Below are positions 32,893 through 37,976 of a DNA stretch of 37,976 nucleotides, piece by piece (the first letter of the stretch is position 1; the number at the start of each line of letters is the position of its first letter). Both the position numbers and the translations under genes were made by a program. The notes under the pieces were generated by a model. The model was not told where the DNA came from, ran no database searches, and worked only from the letters and a program-made list of their open reading frames with translations. Source of the DNA: Saprolegnia diclina VS20 (taxonomy: Eukaryota); contig NW_008246081.1 in NCBI RefSeq assembly GCF_000281045.1, forward strand, positions 734,204 through 772,179, in the 5' to 3' direction.

Positions 32893-33590
32893 GCTGCTGC
32901 TCCTGTGCTCCTGAACCGGAAATGGGTTTTGTTTGGAGGGAAACTTCACAGAAGCTCTCCGGATACTTATCCGGATTCGATAAGCGCGGTCAACTTGCGC
33001 ACCACACATTCGCCGGCCCCTCGCGCCAAGATCATGCGCCCGACCGGTAGCCACGGTGCGCGCTGGCATGTACAGCACCATCGCATAGCGCATGCTTTGA
33101 TGTATGTATTCGTGTTCCTCATCCGGCGGGGTCGACTGGCGAGCGTGGCGAGGCGGGGCCACCGCCAGCACCGTCACGACAAGTCGTTGCAAACACAAAA
33201 CGAGGTCTTGAGGCCGGAATAGCATGGCGACCGCAAAGGAGATCTCGAGGACGCGGTATCATGACGACCGCCAAAGGCCCAGCATGGCGTGTGCTGCTTG
33301 TATGGAGCTCACGCACCCGGCATCGGTGCGACCTCTCTGGAGCCACGTCTTGTGACCGACAGCATGAAAGCGCTGCGTCGGTCATCTGCAATGACCTTCT
33401 GCAATGGCAAGCACAGTTGCACAGCCTTGGTGACGATAAGAAGCTCGCGGTGCAAGGCTATGGCGACAAGCGCTACCATGTACTAGTATGCGCCAATAAC
33501 TCGTGTAACGCTCCTACCTCCTGCCAAGCTGCTGCATCGACACAACGACGAGGTGTGCATATGCCAAAGGCATGCACGACGCATCGATGA

Positions 33591-34344
33591 TTAGAGTTTA
33601 TTGTCGTCCTTGAGTGCGCGAAGAACCATGTCAATCTGATCCATGGCTTCTTGAAGCTTGAACACGAGCTCTTCGAGCTGCGCTACGGAGCACGTGAATC
33701 GCTCGTACGTCAACGAGCCTGTCAACGCCTCTTGGACCGTCAGCACGACGAAGTACAACGGCTCGTGGATCGTGCCAAAGGTGCTGGACCGAATGCAGTA
33801 GTCCAGCCGCCACGAGACGTCTACCACGCGGTCCAATCGCAAGCCTACAACAGAGTACCTATGGCGGTGCTCGCAGTGTATACGGCGTGTACCCGAAACG
33901 GACGCCAAGGACTGCACTACCGGGATCGTCTCCGACAGGATGCCGCAAATGTCTTCGACGACGTTCTTCTGGAAGCCAAGCTCGAGGAGCCAGCGACTAG
34001 CGGCTACCTTCAGAACCTATACGGCGAGTCATCATCTGTACCTGTTGTTGTCCTTGGACAAGTTCTGCTTGGCCATGTCTGCCACAAGAATGCAAGTGGC
34101 GGCATACGCCTCTTTGAGCGCGCGGGCTTGGCCTACATCGAGCAACGTGAATGCCCCAGCACTGGATCCCGACGTCGGTACCCGCGCTTGCCGGTAGAGG
34201 CAGCAGATCGCCGAGGTCCAAAGTAGCTGCATCATGGCTGCCAATCTGCGTGCCAGCGACATGGAAGAGCTTCCGGAGTGTCGTCGCGGGCAGTTGCGCG
34301 GCCGCTTGTTGGAGGCTAGCCTCCACGGTGGCGCTCAGCGGCAT
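33591..34344 (-). CDS. COMMD3: COMM domain-containing protein 3; multi-exon
   Basis: MPLSATVEASLQ, ALKEAYAATCILVADMAKQN, and COMM domain VVDVSWRLDYCIRS..EPLYFVVL..FTCSVAQLEELVFKLQEA, which resembles COMMD3 (DVSWRLEY..FSCSMEQLQDLVGKLKDA). Confidence 0.82.
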
Positions 34345-34889
34345 CACGAAAAGATCTGGCATCCGGACGCCACCGTTGCAACCGGATAATACGAAGGATC
34401 TCCCCCACAGCACCAGCACTGCACCGCGTGTGCAGCTCAATGAAGAAAGGGGCAGGGAGATCAAGGCTCTTCAAGTACCCACCTGTGTCGGAAGTAGCAG
34501 CATCCTACCAAGGCCATAAACTAAGTACAAGGCCTTGATCTACTAAGAACAGCTCCAAGAACTCGTCCGGAATTACGAATGTGGCAGTCGAAAAATGTAG
34601 TGCTGCGTACCTAGTAGTACCGGTACACACCTACCAATCGTGCCCTAGTACATAGTCTAGTTAGTTGATAGTAAGCTTAGTTGATAGGGGCATCAAGTCG
34701 CGGGTGTGGGCTCGTTGGCAGCGTGGCAAGCCGTGTCGTTGGAGCGTGGGACGCTATAATACAATAAGATGTTTTATTCTACCTCTCTATTTGTATGCAG
34801 AAGTACTTTGTCAATTAAAATGCCATTTCCGGACGACCTACACTCTGGCTTGCTATCCGGATATGTGGTGTGTTTGTCAATCGGCAAAT

Positions 34890-37586
34890 ATGTTTTGGAA
34901 AAAGAAGGACGCAGCGCCGACGGCGAAGCGGGCCGCCGGTCGACCGACCGCCAAAGCCGACGACGGCAAGTGCTTCATGGGCGTCTTCGTCATGGAATCA
35001 TTGAATGCCTGTAGACTATGACCTCGCGCAGTTTGGGATCAAGACCGTGTCCGACAAGGACGTCCAGGCGGATCTAGCCAAGCTCATGGCCGAGATTCAA
35101 AGCGACACGAGCATGGACGGTATCAACCTCGGCGACTCGGACGATGAAGAGGCTGCGATCATGCGCGAGATCCAAAAGATGGCGCCGTCGGCAAACCTGC
35201 AGCACGCTTTCTCGCTCGGGAGCAACGTCTCGGACGACTTGGGCGACAGCGACGTCGACGAGGACGACCCGCTCTTGAACGCAGAGCTCCATGGCCTTCT
35301 CGGGACAAAACCACCGAGCGTTGAGAGCGAGCGGCAGCGATTGCAAGCCCTCGTCGACATGGAGCGGACAAAAGCGCTCGAGCTCAAGCGCCAAGGGATG
35401 GTTCCCGAGGCCCTCGCCGCCATGCGCGAGATGAAGGCGTACCAAGCGCAACTCGACAACCTGCCGCCACCCGAAGCAGCTCCTTCCGCGCCCGAGGTGA
35501 GTGTCGTCGTCGATGACGACAGCAGCCTTCAAGCTACGGGTGCCGACACGAACAATCCCGATGACGTCTCTATGCTGCATGGAACAGCCGTCTCGACGCC
35601 TCGAGACAGCCTCCTGCAGCAAGCCGAGAAGCTACGCGCCGACATCCACGGACAGAAGCTTCAGGCGCTCGCACTCAAGCGCGAGAACCGCGTGCCCGAG
35701 GCGCTCGCGGTGTTTCGCAACGTCAAGGTGCTCGAGGCGTCGCTCGCCGAGCTCGACGCCTCCATCGCTGCGTTGCCCGAAGAGGCGCCAACGATTCTCC
35801 TGGAAGAGGTCCAACTGCCGCCCATGGTCGACGACAGTGAAGACGTCCACGTCACGGACGAAGACTTGGACGATCCGTCCTTTGACGCGGAGCTGGCCAG
35901 CTTGCACAAACCGGCCCCGGCGTCGGTACCGATCCAGCGTGACGCCGCTGACGATCTCATCGATGCGTTCGAAGACAGCGACGACGACCACGACGACGAT
36001 CACGACGACGACCACGACGACGATCACGACGACGTCAGTGCACAGACATCTTCGTACGCGCCCCAGGTTATGGAAACGTCGCTGCCCGACCAGATTGCAG
36101 CGGCCAAGGCCCTCGCCGTGCAGCTCAAGCGGGACGGGCGCATTCCCGAAGCCCTCGAGCAGCTCCGACGCGCCAAGGCGCTCGAAGCGACGCTTGTTCC
36201 GGAGATGGCACCTGGCCCATCGCCCACCGAGGTTGCGCGGCTGCAGCAATACGAAGCCGTCGAAAAGGCGCTCGTCGATGCGGCCAACACGAGCATGCAC
36301 GCGGCCAAGGACCTCCTCGCGACCGACCGCGCCCAGGCCATGGCCCATGTCGAACAGGTCGGTCGTTCACAACACAAAGCAGGCATCAATGCTATATATC
36401 TGTAGCGCAAGTACTATACATCCGCGCTCGAGACGCTGCGGGGAGCGCGGCGCGACCCACTGCAGCCGTCGCCGACAATCGAGGTCGTCCGCGAAACGCG
36501 GCTGGTCGAGCATGTTAACAGTGCGGTGCGACCAGATGCAATTTTTGTGGCGATTCCCGAGCTCCGGTCGACGAGTCCGTTGGACGCTTTTGTCAAGTTT
36601 TCGCTCAACGTGCCGTCGACAAACCCGCACGAAGGCGCGACACCGAGCGCCCACGGCACCTCGAGCTTGACGTTGGGCGCTGAGTTTACCTTTCCGATCG
36701 CGCGCAGTCGCGGCCTCCAGAAGCTCGTCGAGCTGCGCAAGGCGCAGTTTGAGGTGCTCACGACCGCGGGGTTTTGGAAGGCGTCCGAGTCGCTCGGTCG
36801 TGGCTCGCTCAGCCTCGCGCCGCTCCTCAAGACGTCCGAAATCAACTGTTGGGTACCGCTCATGGCCAACCGGCGACCATGCGGCATTGACGTTCACGTA
36901 TTGAAGTTGCTTGTTGATGACGATCGCGATGGCGACTGCTGCTTAGGTGATCTTGCGCCTGCGGACACCGTTGGGCGGCCCCGAGATGCGACCCGTGCAC
37001 AGCGAGAAACTTGTGGTGGGTCCATACCCTCCTCGTGAGGTGCCGGTGGTCGTCCCGACGGTCGCTCCTGTGGTCACAGCCGTCGCACCAGTTGAGGCGC
37101 CGACGACCGACGTAGCGCTACCCATCGACGAAGCCGACCCGCACAGCCTTGACAATATCGTGAGCTACGAGGTCATGACCGACGAGGTAGCCGCTTTGAA
37201 TTGTCGATGGGAAATGAACGTGGGGAATGCAGGTGGAGCGCATCACCAAGCGGCTCGAGGCAGGTGCGGTCCCCGAGCTCGTTGATCGCCTCGAGAGTCT
37301 CCAACTCAAGCGCCAGGTTGTACCCGTCTTTGTGTACAGCTCGAATCTCACCGCGACTAGCTCTTTGAGATTGAGATTCAGTCGGGCAAGCTCAGCTTCG
37401 AGATGTACGTGGCACGTCTCCAAGACCGCATTGCGCTCGACAATCAATTGGCGCGGTCCCTCTACAAGCAAGGTACAGTCGACGCCATCGACTTGCACTT
37501 TGATGGGCTTTGTAGGGCTAAAGGGTGATGCCGCCCGCGTCATGCTTCGCGTCAAAATGATGACAAAGGAGCTCGAATCGGCATAA
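34890..37586 (+). CDS. CC2D1: CC2D1/Lgd-like protein (DM14 repeats + C2 domain); multi-exon
   Basis: Three DM14-like repeats (ALELKRQGMVPEAL, ALALKRENRVPEAL, AVQLKRDGRIPEAL), a C2-like region (LDAFVKFSL..FEVLTTAGFWK..LGRGSLSLAPLL..LRLRTPL), and the C-terminal SLDNIVSYEVM..YVARLQ..AARVMLRVKMMTKEL. The first exon is less certain; an alternative ATG lies at 35005. Confidence 0.82.
35980..36033 (+). repeat. Coding minisatellite (GACGACGAYCAC)x4.5 encoding (DDDH)4 in the CC2D1-like gene
   Basis: Direct reading: 12-bp units alternate GAC/GAT at the third codon, giving a perfect 24-bp higher-order unit. Confidence 0.9.
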
Positions 37587-37976
37587 GTGAAACAATGAAA
37601 CAAAATGTTTTGCTAAAATGTTTTGCTATTGCCCTCTCGAGAACGTTGGGTCGATGATGTATACTAGTATCAACCAACTACAATGAACTGTCGGGTTGAC
37701 TGCAGTGCTGCAGGCAGAAAATGCAATTTGGCTTAAAAACACTGAAATGAGTTGTTGGGCGCGCTCGCCAATCGTGCTGGCACAACGAAGACCATGATTT
37801 AGACCACCATTGGTGCGGGATTCTTGCCCACTTCTCACCGATCGCTCGATTTTGACGATTGAGCGCCCACGTCCTCCACGGCTATAAGATCCTGTGAAAA
37901 CACATAATATTAATTTGCAAGGGAATTGGTCCGCTCAACGACGCAGCGAGACTGGAATCGCCAAACGTGTCGGGAA

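Noticed and set aside
32905..33590. ORFs of 65-110 codons between SPT16 and COMMD3
   Set aside because: No recognisable protein or codon bias. Treated as intergenic, although a relic cannot be excluded.
1..37976. CRISPR arrays, prokaryotic operons, tRNA/rRNA genes, intact transposons
   Set aside because: No spaced direct repeats, cloverleaf or rRNA signatures, transposase/RT motifs or terminal repeats were seen. The bacterial-like LpxL and S33 genes carry introns and the intronless oxygenase-like gene sits among eukaryotic genes, so contamination is unlikely.

Overview
Eukaryotic, gene-dense, GC-rich window with many short (mostly ~40-65 nt) spliceosomal introns. Gene content, intron style and INR/FPR promoter motifs point to an oomycete, most likely Saprolegniales (inference). 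I read 16 protein-coding loci: the 3' part of a legumain, CDC73, a voltage-sensor/adenylyl-cyclase fusion, an ICE2/NARG2-like protein, syntaxin-18, a secreted S33-type hydrolase, an LpxL/HtrB-like lipid A acyltransferase, a sucrose/GPH-type transporter, an ankyrin-like gene, PDIA6, a MATE transporter, a degenerate 2OG-Fe(II)-oxygenase-like gene, importin-4, SPT16, COMMD3 and a CC2D1-like gene. Four loci stand out. (1) The voltage-sensor cyclase has lost both metal-binding aspartates but keeps the K/D/N/R set, as in a C2-like half-cyclase. (2) The ICE2 homolog has two C-terminal CCCH fingers visible only after splicing, one needing a GC-AG intron. (3) The bacterial-type lipid A late acyltransferase contains introns and has an intact catalytic motif. 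(4) The intronless oxygenase-like gene lacks its iron ligands. No rRNA, tRNA, CRISPR array or recognisable intact transposon was seen. All family calls come from motif recognition by eye and the splice models are manual.
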